From a bacterium (GTDB taxonomy: Bacteria > Patescibacteriota > Minisyncoccia > Moranbacterales > DUUL01): 64,000 bases of DNA. Of this stretch, positions 19,033-28,653 are shown in pieces (position 1 is the first letter of the stretch; the number at the start of each line of letters is the position of its first letter). The stretch lies in NCBI GenBank assembly GCA_018675685.1, contig JABGXP010000012.1, positions 11,596 through 75,595 of the forward strand, read 5' to 3'. The translations under genes and the position numbers were made by a program. The notes beneath the pieces were generated by a model. That model saw only the letters and a program-made list of their open reading frames with translations, ran no database searches and was not told where the DNA came from.

Positions 19033-19314
19033 ATGATGACTAATTTGAATCAAATGAAAAAAGTCTTAATTTTTTTGATAAAACTCTATCAAAAAACTCT
19101 CTCAAGAGACACCGGCCTCCTTTCTTATTTTTATAGTGAAAGAACTTGCAGGTTTCATCCCACTTGTTCACAATACACACTGGAAGCTATTAAGCGTTTT
19201 GGTTCTCTTAAGGGTTGCTACCTAGGTCTTTCCCGAGTGCTTCGATGCCATCCTTGGAGCGAGGGAGGGATTGACGATGTTCCAGAAAAATGTGAGAATA
19301 GAAAGCACAGATAA
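19033..19314 (+). CDS. yidD: membrane protein insertion efficiency factor YidD
   Basis: [10 protein letters not shown]...[15 protein letters not shown]...[15 protein letters not shown] signature. The start may be the ATG at 19054. Confidence 0.85.
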   Translation: MMTNLNQMKKVLIFLIKLYQKTLSRDTGLLSYFYSERTCRFHPTCSQYTLEAIKRFGSLKGCYLGLSRVLRCHPWSEGGIDDVPEKCENRKHR

Positions 19315-19363
19315 AAAAACCACTCAACAATAGATGATTGTTAAGAATTAGCCCCAAGATTGA

Positions 19364-20881
19364 ATGTCAGAAGTTATACAACCAAAGACATTAAAAGAAT
19401 TGATCTCTCTGAGAAAAATTCCATATAGTAGTAAGAGGATCGAGCGAATCTCGAAAGCTTATGCGATGGCCAAAAAAGCACATCAAGGACAAAAGAGAAA
19501 GTCAGGGGAAGACTATTTTGTCCATTGTGTGGAAACTGCTGCAACATTAGTTAAAATGGGTCTTGGTTCAATCACGATTAGCGCGGCATTATTACATGAT
19601 GTTCCAGAAGATACAGAGATTAAACTCGAGGAAATTGAAAAGGAGTTCGGAAAAGAGGTCGCTTTCATTGTTGAGGGTGTGACAAAGTTGGGGCATGTTA
19701 GGTTAAAAGGAAGTATTGAAGAGTATTATTTGGACAACCTGCGAAAGATGTTTATGGCAATGGCGGCTGATATACGAGTGATTCTAATCAAACTCGCCGA
19801 TAGATTGCATAACATGAGGACACTAGAAGCGTTACCTGAGAATAAACGATTTAGAATTGCAAAAGAAACAATGGAAATTTTCGTTCCAATTGCAAACCGT
19901 TTCGGTATCGGTGAGGTTAAGGGAGAGTTGGAAGATTTGGCATTTAAATATATAGAGCCTGAAAAATACAAACACATAGTTGAGTTAGAAACAGAGGCGT
20001 ATAAGCTGCGTTCACAGTACGTGAAATCTGCAATCAGGGAATTAAAGGAGGAACTGAAAACGTCAGGGATAAAATTAATTGATGTTCATGGCCGAGCAAA
20101 GAGATATTTCCGACTGTATAAAAAGTTGGAGAAATATGACATGAATGTTGATAAGGTGTATGACTTAGTTGCAATTAGATTGGTTGTAACAACAGTTGCT
20201 TCTTGTTATGAAACCTTAGGAATTGTACACAAAAAGTATAAACCGCTTATTGGTAGAATTAAAGATTACATTTCTTTGCCAAAGCCAAATGGATATAAGT
20301 CGATTCACACGACGGTTTTTGGACCCGAAGGGAAAATTTTGGAAATTCAAATTAGAACAGAAAGAATGCACGACGAAGCCGAATTCGGGATTGCTGCTCA
20401 TTGGATATATACACAGGGCAGAACATGGAAAGATATAATGTTCAGAAGAGAACCAAGGGCCGCGGAAGTACCCGAGAAAGAGCTTGAGTGGGTGCAACAG
20501 CTAAAACAGTGGCATACTGAGACGGGGGGGCAAACAGATGAATTCTGGCGCTCAATTAAAATTGATTTTTTCAAAAATCATATTTTTGCCTTTACTCCCA
20601 GTGGAGATGTAATTGAATTGCCAGAAGGTGCAACACCAATTGATTTTGCTTATCGAATTCATTCAGAAGTAGGTGACAGAGCAATGGGAGCAAAAGCTAA
20701 CGGAAAAATGGTCTCTCTGGACTACATTATTCATAACGGTGATTTAATTGATGTTGTGACGTCTAAAGATAAGAAATTACCAAGTCGTGATTGGTTGAGA
20801 TTCGTAAAAACAGCGCATGCTCAGGCCAAGATAAAAAACACATTAAGAAAGGGCGGAGTGAGAGTGGTTGGCTCAAAATAA
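19364..20881 (+). CDS. rel: bifunctional (p)ppGpp synthetase/hydrolase Rel, short form (HD + synthetase + TGS, no C-terminal ACT region)
   Basis: HD motif HDVPEDT; synthetase domain (RLVVTTVASCYETLGIVH, GYKSIHTTV); TGS-like segment IFAFTPSGDVIELPEGATPIDFAYRIH. At 505 aa it is about 200 aa shorter than long RSHs. Confidence 0.85.
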   Translation: MSEVIQPKTLKELISLRKIPYSSKRIERISKAYAMAKKAHQGQKRKSGEDYFVHCVETAATLVKMGLGSITISAALLHDVPEDTEIKLEEIEKEFGKEVAFIVEGVTKLGHVRLKGSIEEYYLDNLRKMFMAMAADIRVILIKLADRLHNMRTLEALPENKRFRIAKETMEIFVPIANRFGIGEVKGELEDLAFKYIEPEKYKHIVELETEAYKLRSQYVKSAIRELKEELKTSGIKLIDVHGRAKRYFRLYKKLEKYDMNVDKVYDLVAIRLVVTTVASCYETLGIVHKKYKPLIGRIKDYISLPKPNGYKSIHTTVFGPEGKILEIQIRTERMHDEAEFGIAAHWIYTQGRTWKDIMFRREPRAAEVPEKELEWVQQLKQWHTETGGQTDEFWRSIKIDFFKNHIFAFTPSGDVIELPEGATPIDFAYRIHSEVGDRAMGAKANGKMVSLDYIIHNGDLIDVVTSKDKKLPSRDWLRFVKTAHAQAKIKNTLRKGGVRVVGSK

Positions 20882-20957
20882 CTTGATTGACAGAGACCCT
20901 TTTTTATGTAAGAATGGAACTAAGTTGGTTCATGAGGCAACTGATATATTTTTTGAT

Positions 20958-21031
20958 CGCGGGGTGGAGCAGCTTGGTAGCTCGACTGGCTCATAACCAG
21001 TAGGTCATCGGTTCAAATCCGGTCCCCGCAA
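20958..21031 (+). tRNA. initiator tRNA-fMet (CAU)
   Basis: CGCGGGGTGGAGCAGCTTGGTAGCTCG...GCTCATAACC...GGTTCAAATCCGGTCCCCGCAA closely matches bacterial initiator tRNA, including the C1-A72 mismatch. CCA is not fully encoded. Confidence 0.9.
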
Positions 21032-21130
21032 CAAGATTTAATTTTCAATTTTCAATCCCCAGTTTTCAATTCGTAAACAAGTTGAAAATTGTTAAAGAAA
21101 ATTGATTTTTTTATGTAATTTAATGATTTG

Positions 21131-21203
21131 GCGGCGTAGCTCAGTTGGTTAGAGCGTGGGACTCATAAGCCCGAGGTCAGAGGTTCAAATCCTCTCGCCG
21201 CTA
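21131..21203 (+). tRNA. tRNA-Met (CAU), elongator type; tRNA-Ile2 not excluded
   Basis: GGCGGCGTAGCTCAGTTGGTTAGAGC...CTCATAA...GGTTCAAATCCTCTCGCCGCTA. The D-arm is identical to E. coli elongator tRNA-Met. Confidence 0.85.
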
Positions 21204-21296
21204 CAAAGAGAAAATTCGAGAAAGTGTTCTGATGTTCTTGTTTTTACAAATACAAAAAAATAAAAAGTACGTCCCAATAATTTAAAATGTTTTATT

Positions 21297-22478
21297 ATGA
21301 AGATAGGTTTCGATATTCGAACTGTAGGGAAAAATCGAACAGGTGACGAAACTGTAACTATACAGTTGATGAATAATCTTTTGGAAATTGATAAAAAAGA
21401 TGAATTTTTGTTATTCACAGATGAAAGTGACCAAACAGTTTTGAAGGAAATCGAGAAAAAATTCTATCGAGATAAAAAGAAAAAAAAGAAGTTCGAAATT
21501 TTTTCAATTTTGCCTTCAAAAAAAGCTTTTTGGACATTCTGGTCTTTGCCGAAGTTTATAAAAAAAACAACTATCAATATATTGCACGTGCAATACATCA
21601 CACCTTTGTGGATTCCAAAAAAAACCAAACTAGTAACAACAATTCATGATATCTCCTTTGCAAGATATCCAAACTTTATTGCAAAAAAGGATCTATTTCT
21701 CTTAAAGACTTTCATTCCATTGTCCTTAAGAAGAGCAGACAAAATCATTACTGTTTCAGAATTCACTAAACAGGAAATTATCGATGTTTACAGAATTGAT
21801 GAACAAAAAATTGAAGTTGTACATAATGGTGGTGCGACAGAAGAGTTTTTCAAAAAAAGAGTAGAGACGGAAATTATTCAATTCAAAGAGAAAAATAATC
21901 TTCCAGAAGATTTTATTCTATACATTGGAACGTTGCAGCCAAGGAAAAACATTCCTTTTCTTTTGCAAAATTTTGTTAAATTTAAACAGAAATTTGCTGC
22001 AGATAGAAAAGTTGCAAGAATGAATTTAGTGTTAGCAGGAAATAAGAGTGGTCACAACTACGACAAATCAATCGACTCTGAGATGACTGAAATAGAAAGA
22101 AGGTTTCCTCAAATTGCCAAGCAGATAATTTTCACAGGCTTTATTGATGGCAAGGATTTACCATTGTATTACAAGTCAGCTACAGTGGTTTGTATTTGTT
22201 CTAACTATGAAGGTTTTGGGTTGCCAGCAATTGAAGCAATGGCAAGTGAAACTCCTGTTCTGTCAACAAACGCATCCTGTATGCCAGAAATTTGCCTTGA
22301 CGCTGCCATGTTTTATAAACAAAGTGACCCAGAGGATTTTATTGAAAAATTGTTTCAAATAATAAATGATAAAGATTGTGCAGAAAGATTAATTGAAAAG
22401 GGGAATAGAAGAGCCCGGCAGTTTAGTTGGAAGGAATCAGCAAAACAAACTATTAAAGTCTATAATCAATTTAAATAA
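21297..22478 (+). CDS. glycosyltransferase family 1 (GT4-type, retaining)
   Basis: C-terminal EGFGLPAIEAMASETPVLSTN sugar-donor binding motif; 393 aa. Confidence 0.8.
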   Translation: MKIGFDIRTVGKNRTGDETVTIQLMNNLLEIDKKDEFLLFTDESDQTVLKEIEKKFYRDKKKKKKFEIFSILPSKKAFWTFWSLPKFIKKTTINILHVQYITPLWIPKKTKLVTTIHDISFARYPNFIAKKDLFLLKTFIPLSLRRADKIITVSEFTKQEIIDVYRIDEQKIEVVHNGGATEEFFKKRVETEIIQFKEKNNLPEDFILYIGTLQPRKNIPFLLQNFVKFKQKFAADRKVARMNLVLAGNKSGHNYDKSIDSEMTEIERRFPQIAKQIIFTGFIDGKDLPLYYKSATVVCICSNYEGFGLPAIEAMASETPVLSTNASCMPEICLDAAMFYKQSDPEDFIEKLFQIINDKDCAERLIEKGNRRARQFSWKESAKQTIKVYNQFK

Positions 22479-22500
22479 AAAATAAAGTACAATCAAAATC

Positions 22501-22529
22501 CTTGAAATTTGACTACAGAAAGTGTATAT
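22501..22529 (+). promoter_or_regulatory. candidate sigma70-type promoter (TTGAAA-N17-TATATT) for the LCP gene
   Basis: TTGAAA tttgactacagaaagtg TATATT, about 70 nt upstream of the start at 22602. Confidence 0.35.
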
Positions 22530-22601
22530 TTGATATGTTAAAGCTAAAAATTACAAAACCAAGTAACATAGTGATAAAACAATAAATTAAAGTTCCTAGA
22601 T

Positions 22602-23993
22602 ATGAGTATATTTTCAAACAAAAAGAAAAAGAAGCAGACTGGATTCAGAGTTCATGGAAATGAAAAAATAAGCTTTTACCAAAAGAAAACCTTTTGGTTT
22701 TTTACCGTTTTTATTTTTGCTATTATTGTCGCTGGAGGAGGATTTTTGTATAAATCCGGTAGTATTTTGAGTAAGATGTCTGGTGGTAAAGAGTCTGTTT
22801 TTGGAAGTCTTTTAGGTGTTGCATCAGGAGAAGAGATTAAACAAGAAGGCGATGGAAGAACAAATATTTTGCTTTTAGGGATGAGAGGAACAGAAATCTT
22901 AGGAGGAGACTTATTGGCGGATGTCATTATGGTGGTTTCTTTAAAGAAAGATGAGGATAAAATTGCCTTAGTTTCGATACCAAGAGATTTATATGTAAAA
23001 ATTCCTGGAAGCACTGATTCATCAAAAATTAATGCTATCCATGCGTATGGTGAACAAGCAGGCAAAAAAGAAGGCATCTCCCAAATGAAAAAAGCAGTCG
23101 GAGAAATAACTGGAATGAATATTCATTATGCTACTACAATTGATTTTGTTGGATTCAGAAAGCTAATCGACGCAGTGGACGGCGTTGACGTTACACTGGA
23201 AACTCCTTTCTATGAAGTTTCCCAGTTTGTTAAAGGGAATGAGTGTGGCGGAGAGTTTACGTTGCCTGCCGGAAAAAATCATTTAACTGGTGAAACAGCC
23301 CTTTGCTACGTTAGGGCCAGGGAGAATACTTCTGATTTTGATCGCGCAAAAAGGCAACAAGTTGTTTTGCAATCTTTGAAAAGTAGATTAATTTCGCTTG
23401 GAACATTGACTGACTTTGGAAGGGTGAGTAATATTCTTGATGCAATTGGAGATAATGTGAGAACTGATATGCCAGCTGGTGAAATGAGGGGTTTTTTTGA
23501 TGAATATGTGGGAATGCAAAATGCTGAAATTTACCAGAGAGTTTTGGAAAATACAGAAGAGGGCCTTCTGAGGGTCCCAGAAGATATTCATGGAGCAGGA
23601 TATGTTCTTGTCCCAAGAGCTGGAAACTATGATTATTCAAAGATACATGAAATTTGCAAGAACATTTTTGTCGTTGCAAGACAGAGCGATGTCGGTCCTG
23701 TGAATCAATATGCCAAGCCACAAAGAAAAATTAGAACAATTCCCATCAAAGTTATCGGAGAATTAGAAGCCTCGAGTAAATATAAAGCAAAAGCAACCCA
23801 AAAAATATTCCAGATAAAAATCGAAGGGAATTATGCAGGGAACCAGATTACGATCGATCTTAGTAAGCTGCCAAAGGCAAAAGACGAAGGTACTGTGAAT
23901 GTAAAAATTGAAGACCTGAGTATACCAGAAGGCACGAAGGTTATTTCTCACATGCCAACAAAAACTGTCGTAAAGATAAAAATAGAGAAATAA
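22602..23993 (+). CDS. LytR-CpsA-Psr (LCP) family cell-envelope phosphotransferase with a C-terminal extension
   Basis: N-terminal TM segment; LCP core LLLGMRG...DVIMVVSL...ALVSIPRDLYVKIPG...INAIHAYG; an extra ~100-aa C-terminal segment. Confidence 0.8.
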   Translation: MSIFSNKKKKKQTGFRVHGNEKISFYQKKTFWFFTVFIFAIIVAGGGFLYKSGSILSKMSGGKESVFGSLLGVASGEEIKQEGDGRTNILLLGMRGTEILGGDLLADVIMVVSLKKDEDKIALVSIPRDLYVKIPGSTDSSKINAIHAYGEQAGKKEGISQMKKAVGEITGMNIHYATTIDFVGFRKLIDAVDGVDVTLETPFYEVSQFVKGNECGGEFTLPAGKNHLTGETALCYVRARENTSDFDRAKRQQVVLQSLKSRLISLGTLTDFGRVSNILDAIGDNVRTDMPAGEMRGFFDEYVGMQNAEIYQRVLENTEEGLLRVPEDIHGAGYVLVPRAGNYDYSKIHEICKNIFVVARQSDVGPVNQYAKPQRKIRTIPIKVIGELEASSKYKAKATQKIFQIKIEGNYAGNQITIDLSKLPKAKDEGTVNVKIEDLSIPEGTKVISHMPTKTVVKIKIEK

Positions 23994-24007
23994 GGACAAC
24001 CTAATTT

Positions 24008-24850
24008 ATGCAGAGAACAAATCCCAAGCTATCAATTATTATCACTTCATATCAAAACCCAGAGTTATTAAGACTTTGTTTGGAGTCAATAAAGAAAAAT
24101 GCCAAAGATTTGGAGTATGAAACAATTGTTGCTGACAGTAGCACAGGCGAACAAACATATGATCTCTTTAAAGAGGACTTTAAAGAGACCCTTTTTATTC
24201 CTAATCAGAAAAACAAAGGCTTTGGTGGGTTAGTTAATCAGGGGCTCAAAAAGGCAAAAGGAGATTTTTTGTTTATTATCAATGCTGATATTATAATCAA
24301 AGATAATGCTATTAAAAAACTACTTGAGTTTATCGAAAAAGACGATACAGTCGGCATTGTAGCTCCAAAGTTGATTAATTTTGATAATTCTGTGCAACAG
24401 TCTTGTTTTAGATTGTATTCTCTACTGACAATTATCTACAGAAGAACATTTCTTGGAAGAATGAGTTTTGCAAAAAAACATCTAGCTAATTTTTTGATGA
24501 AAAAAGAGCAAAAACTAGGGAACATTTTTGATGCTGATTGGGTAATGGGCAGTGCTATGATGACGAGAAGAAAAGCCGTTGACAAAATTGGCCCTTACGA
24601 TAAAAGATATTTCATGTATTTCGAGGACGTAGATTGGTGTAGGCGTTTTTGGGAGAGTGGCTATAGGGTGGTTTATAATCCGAAGGTAAAAGTTTTTCAT
24701 TATCATGGAAGGGCTAGCGCAAGTAGAAATGCTTTTAGTTCAGTTTTATTTAATAAATACACAAGAGCTCATATTAGCAGTTCAATAAAATATTTCATTA
24801 AGTTTGCGGGAAAGAAAAATCCACACATTGAATTTAATCAAGGAAATTAG
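24008..24850 (+). CDS. glycosyltransferase family 2
   Basis: LSIIITSYQNPELL N-terminus and a DxD-containing GT-A fold. Confidence 0.8.
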   Translation: MQRTNPKLSIIITSYQNPELLRLCLESIKKNAKDLEYETIVADSSTGEQTYDLFKEDFKETLFIPNQKNKGFGGLVNQGLKKAKGDFLFIINADIIIKDNAIKKLLEFIEKDDTVGIVAPKLINFDNSVQQSCFRLYSLLTIIYRRTFLGRMSFAKKHLANFLMKKEQKLGNIFDADWVMGSAMMTRRKAVDKIGPYDKRYFMYFEDVDWCRRFWESGYRVVYNPKVKVFHYHGRASASRNAFSSVLFNKYTRAHISSSIKYFIKFAGKKNPHIEFNQGN

Positions 24851-24855
24851 AAAAA

Positions 24856-26235
24856 ATGAAAAAAGAAAACCAAGGTTATCGAGAAGAAACACAAGAACAA
24901 CAAGGCGTTGAAAGTACTGATAGCGACAATCAAGTAGAGGAGAACTTACTAGATAACTCTAATGGGGAAAGCCTTATCTCAATAAGTAAAAAAACAACCA
25001 AAAAAAATAACATTGGGATGATTGTTTTGCTTTTGTTCGTTTTTGCTGTTGGTTTTATGTGGGGAGGAAAAACTTTTGAAAAAAAGAGTCTTTCAAACAG
25101 ACTCTCAAGTTTTATTAAGCCCTCAGGTAGTAGTGTAAATATTTTCGACAAGGGAAAACCTGAAGATGTTGACTTTTCTGTTTTTTGGGAAGCATGGAGA
25201 CAAATGGATGATAAGTTTGTTGACGTTGATGAGCTAGATTCCCAAGAAAGAGTCTTCGGCGCTATTAAGGGAATGGTGTCAGCAGCAGGTGATCCGTATT
25301 CAGCATATATGAATCCGGAGGAAACTCAGGATTTTAACACTGATATGGGCGGTAGCTTTGAAGGAATCGGTGCGGAATTAGGAATGAAAAAAGGAATGCT
25401 AACAGTAATTGCCCCCCTGGAGGGAATGCCTGCAGAAAAAGCTGGTTTGCGAGCAGGAGATGTAATCGTGAAAATTTTTGACGAGATGACTCTTGATATG
25501 ACCGTTGATGATGCAGTAAAAAGAATTCGTGGTGAAAAGGGTACAGAGGTTAAATTGACAGTTGCCAGAGAAGAAACAGGAGAAACTTTGGAAATCGCAA
25601 TTATTCGTGGGAAGATAGAATTACAGAGCGTAAAGTATGAGAAAAAGGATGAAGGAATCGGATATATTAAGATTTCAAAATTTCTTGAAAATACGGGTGG
25701 GAAATTTGACAAAGCAATTATAACAGCTATAAACGATAATGTTGATGGTTTAATAATAGATGTAAGAAATAATCCTGGAGGATTCTTGAATGTTGCAATT
25801 GATATGACTTCAACGTTTATTAAGAAAGGCGATGTTGTGGTTTGGGAAAGAGGAAGAGACGGCAAAAAAACTCCCTTTAGAGCATTGGGAAAAAGTGATA
25901 AGCTGCTTGATTTGCCAATAGTTGTACTAATGAATGGTGGTAGCGCAAGTGCTTCGGAGATTATGGCAGGAGCATTAAGGGATCTTAGGAATATTAAATT
26001 AGTCGGAGAAAAAAGTTTTGGGAAAGGTTCTGTTCAACAATTGCAAGGGCTTACCGACAAATCAAGCATGAGAATCACTATTGCGAAATGGTTAACTCCA
26101 AATGGAGATTCTATTCATGAGGTTGGATTGGAACCAGATATCGAAGTGAAGATGTCCATTGATGATTATAAGGAAGAGAGAGATCCTCAGCTTACAAGAG
26201 CGCTGGAGGAACTGAAAACGGAGATAAGTAACTAA
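24856..26235 (+). CDS. ctpA: carboxyl-terminal processing protease (S41 family, PDZ-containing)
   Basis: PDZ segment GIGAELGM...GMPAEKAGLRAGDVIVKI; catalytic region GGSASASEIMAGAL; N-terminal TM segment. Confidence 0.85.
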   Translation: MKKENQGYREETQEQQGVESTDSDNQVEENLLDNSNGESLISISKKTTKKNNIGMIVLLLFVFAVGFMWGGKTFEKKSLSNRLSSFIKPSGSSVNIFDKGKPEDVDFSVFWEAWRQMDDKFVDVDELDSQERVFGAIKGMVSAAGDPYSAYMNPEETQDFNTDMGGSFEGIGAELGMKKGMLTVIAPLEGMPAEKAGLRAGDVIVKIFDEMTLDMTVDDAVKRIRGEKGTEVKLTVAREETGETLEIAIIRGKIELQSVKYEKKDEGIGYIKISKFLENTGGKFDKAIITAINDNVDGLIIDVRNNPGGFLNVAIDMTSTFIKKGDVVVWERGRDGKKTPFRALGKSDKLLDLPIVVLMNGGSASASEIMAGALRDLRNIKLVGEKSFGKGSVQQLQGLTDKSSMRITIAKWLTPNGDSIHEVGLEPDIEVKMSIDDYKEERDPQLTRALEELKTEISN

Positions 26236-26240
26236 GCGGA

Positions 26241-27239
26241 ATGCAAAAAAAAATTGTAACAATCGGAGGAGGAACGGGAAGCTTTGTTTTATTATCTGGA
26301 CTAAGAGAACTTGCCTTTGATATCAGTGCTATTGTTTCTATGGCTGATGATGGTGGGTCTACTGGTCGTTTGCGTGATGAATTGGGTGTTTTGCCGCCAG
26401 GAGACATTAGGCAGTGTTTAGTCGCTTTAAGTGAACAGCCATTAATTTGGCGTGATTTGTTTAATTATCGTTTTGAAACGGGAGATTTAAAAGGACATGC
26501 AGTGGGAAATATTTTTCTTTCCGGCTTGGAGAAAATGAAAGGTGATTTCTCTGAAGGTCTTGATGTAGCAATGAAAGCGTTAAATGTACACGGGAAAGTT
26601 ATCCCTGTAACAAAGGATAATGTAAATTTACATCTAGCACTTAACAACGGAAAGGTACTGACTGGAGAAGCCGAAATAAATAAAAATAACAGCATCGAGA
26701 GGATTGGTTTTGAGCAGATATATCTAGAACCACGTGCTCAAGCAAATCAAGACGCGATTAAGGCTATCATGAAGGCAGACGTTGTTGTGGTAGGGCCAGG
26801 AAATCATTATTGCAGCATAGTTCCAAATTTATTAATAGATGAAATTTCAAGAGCTATAGCCAAGACAAAAGCTAAAGTTGTTTATGTGGCAAATCTCGTA
26901 AATAAAAAAGGTCATACGGAAAATTTTTCATTGAATGATTATATTGATTCAATCAATAGTTTTATTGGTAAAGAGAGAGTTGATTTTGCAATTTTTAATG
27001 TGCAAAAACCTTCCATTGAACTGAAGAAAAGGTACGAAAAAAGAGGTGAAGAGATCCTAAAACTCAAGAAAGCTGTCAAAGGAAAGGAGGAAAGGCATAA
27101 AGTGATCACAGCCAACCTACTTGGTAAAGAAGAGGAATATAGCAAAGCTGATAAAATTTCGCACGTTAGATCTCTGATTAGGCACGATCATAAAAAATTA
27201 GCAAGAGTCATTGAAAATATTGCTAACCTCAAGGATTGA
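26241..27239 (+). CDS. yvcK: YvcK/UPF0052 (CofD-like) gluconeogenesis-factor family protein
   Basis: IVTIGGGTGSFVLLSGL N-terminus and LPPGDIRQCLVAL motif. Confidence 0.75.
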   Translation: MQKKIVTIGGGTGSFVLLSGLRELAFDISAIVSMADDGGSTGRLRDELGVLPPGDIRQCLVALSEQPLIWRDLFNYRFETGDLKGHAVGNIFLSGLEKMKGDFSEGLDVAMKALNVHGKVIPVTKDNVNLHLALNNGKVLTGEAEINKNNSIERIGFEQIYLEPRAQANQDAIKAIMKADVVVVGPGNHYCSIVPNLLIDEISRAIAKTKAKVVYVANLVNKKGHTENFSLNDYIDSINSFIGKERVDFAIFNVQKPSIELKKRYEKRGEEILKLKKAVKGKEERHKVITANLLGKEEEYSKADKISHVRSLIRHDHKKLARVIENIANLKD

Positions 27240-27260
27240 TTAATAAAATCACTAGGAATA

Positions 27261-27289
27261 TTGACGGAAACATCTTTTTGGGCTATGCT
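27261..27289 (+). promoter_or_regulatory. candidate promoter TTGACG-N17-TATGCT for the tRNA-Lys/tRNA-Arg pair
   Basis: -35 and -10 elements with a 17-nt spacer, about 22 nt upstream of tRNA-Lys. Confidence 0.4.
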
Positions 27290-27311
27290 CAATTTTGTAG
27301 TTTATATTTTT

Positions 27312-27384
27312 GCACCATTAGCTCAGTTGGTAGAGCAGTCGCCTCTTAAGCGAACGGTCGGGAGTTCAAATCTCTCATGGTGCA
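27312..27384 (+). tRNA. tRNA-Lys (CUU)
   Basis: Cloverleaf with GCACCAT/ATGGTGC acceptor stem, anticodon loop CTCTTAA and T-loop TTCAAAT. Confidence 0.85.
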
Positions 27385-27403
27385 CAGTTTTGATAATCAT
27401 ATT

Positions 27404-27477
27404 GCGCTTGTAGCTCAATTGGATAGAGTACTTGACTTCGGATCAAGGGGTTGCAGGTTCGAGTCCTGCCAGGCGCA
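27404..27477 (+). tRNA. tRNA-Arg (UCG)
   Basis: Acceptor GCGCTTG/CAGGCGC, anticodon loop CTTCGGA, T-arm GCAGGTTCGAGTCCTGC. Confidence 0.85.
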
Positions 27478-27484
27478 CGAAAGA

Positions 27485-27514
27485 AAACACGAGAATTTTA
27501 TCTCGTGTTTTTTG
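27485..27514 (+). terminator. intrinsic terminator after tRNA-Arg
   Basis: AAAACACGAGA atttta TCTCGTGTTTT followed by TTT. Confidence 0.6.
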
Positions 27515-27562
27515 TTCCCTGGTGCTATAATTAAGTTCAGTATAACAAGTATAGTAAAAAAT

Positions 27563-28567
27563 ATGAAAATTTTATTTTTTGAAACGAAAAAAGAGTCCCA
27601 GGCTTTTTTTGAAGATAAACTGTCTGAGCACGAAACTATTTTTTTTAAAGAAACTGTCCAAGAAGCAAATATAAAAGAAGATGATCTAAGTGCAGAAGTG
27701 CTTTCAGTTTTTATTTATTCACAATTAACGAAAGATGTCTTGGCAAAATTTAAAAATTTAAAAATTATTGCAACTCGATCAACTGGCTTTGATCACATAG
27801 ATATTAAGGAGTGCCAAGAAAGAGGAATAAGCGTTTTAAACGTGCCTTTCTATGGTGAAAATACAGTTGCTGAGCATACATTCGCCCTAATTCTTTCGCT
27901 TTCTCGTAATGTACATAAGTCATATCTAAGAGGAAAGAGAAATGATTTCTCAATTACCGGGCTACAAGGCTTTGACCTTAGAGGGAAAACATTAGGAGTA
28001 GTCGGTGTCGGGCATATAGGAAAACATATAATCAAAATCGCAAAAGGTTTTGGGATGAAAGTGATTGCCTTTGATAAATTTCGAGACGAAATGTTGGCCG
28101 AAGTTTTGAATTTTGAATATACAAACGAGTTAGATGATCTATTGGGGAGCTCGGATATTGTTTCTCTAAGTCTTCCTTTGAATAAAAAAACTCAACATTT
28201 AATGAATGAAGAGCGTTTTAGTAAAATGAAAAAAGGGGCAATACTAATCAATACTAGCAGAGGAGGGCTTGTAGACACAGAGGCTCTGTATAAAGCGCTA
28301 AGCGAAAATAGGATTGCTGGAGCGGGATTAGACGTGATAGAAGGAGAGGAATCTATTCAGGAAGAGAAAGAGTTATTATCATCTGAACGTAATAGCGAGA
28401 AGTTGAGAGAAGTTTTTCGAGACAAGGCTATTTTCGAAATGGAGAATGTTGTTTTTACACCCCATAATGCTTTTAACAGTGCAGAGGCAATTGAAAGGAT
28501 CTTCTCGACAACTGTTGAGAATATTAAGGGATTTGAAGCTGGGAAGCAAAAAAACGTCATAAGCTAA
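27563..28567 (+). CDS. D-isomer-specific 2-hydroxyacid dehydrogenase (NAD-dependent; D-lactate/phosphoglycerate dehydrogenase family)
   Basis: Rossmann motif GVVGVGHIGKHI and the catalytic RGG...D...E...H arrangement. The ORF-track N-terminal extension from 27377 overlaps two tRNA genes and is rejected; start set at the ATG at 27563. Confidence 0.8.
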   Translation: MKILFFETKKESQAFFEDKLSEHETIFFKETVQEANIKEDDLSAEVLSVFIYSQLTKDVLAKFKNLKIIATRSTGFDHIDIKECQERGISVLNVPFYGENTVAEHTFALILSLSRNVHKSYLRGKRNDFSITGLQGFDLRGKTLGVVGVGHIGKHIIKIAKGFGMKVIAFDKFRDEMLAEVLNFEYTNELDDLLGSSDIVSLSLPLNKKTQHLMNEERFSKMKKGAILINTSRGGLVDTEALYKALSENRIAGAGLDVIEGEESIQEEKELLSSERNSEKLREVFRDKAIFEMENVVFTPHNAFNSAEAIERIFSTTVENIKGFEAGKQKNVIS

Positions 28568-28589
28568 CCCAGGGTTTTGTAAAAAGAGA

Positions 28590-28626
28590 AAGTCCCGTCT
28601 CCGTAATAGAAGATGGGACTTTTTTA
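28590..28626. terminator. bidirectional intrinsic terminator between the convergent 2-hydroxyacid dehydrogenase and cytochrome genes
   Basis: An A-run, then AGTCCC gtctccgtaatagaagat GGGACT, then T6. Confidence 0.55.
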
Positions 28627-28653
28627 GTTCATATAGACCTTCGAAAGATCTAT

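Noticed and set aside
21034-21130. Triple TTTTCAATT repeat in the spacer between tRNA-fMet and tRNA-Met as a functional element
   Set aside because: Short AT-rich repeats are expected by chance in a 35% GC spacer, and no conserved structure is evident.
27377-27562. N-terminal 62-aa extension of the dehydrogenase ORF
   Set aside because: It overlaps the tRNA-Lys and tRNA-Arg genes in the same orientation and translates to junk. The real start is the ATG at 27563 (MKILFFETKKE).
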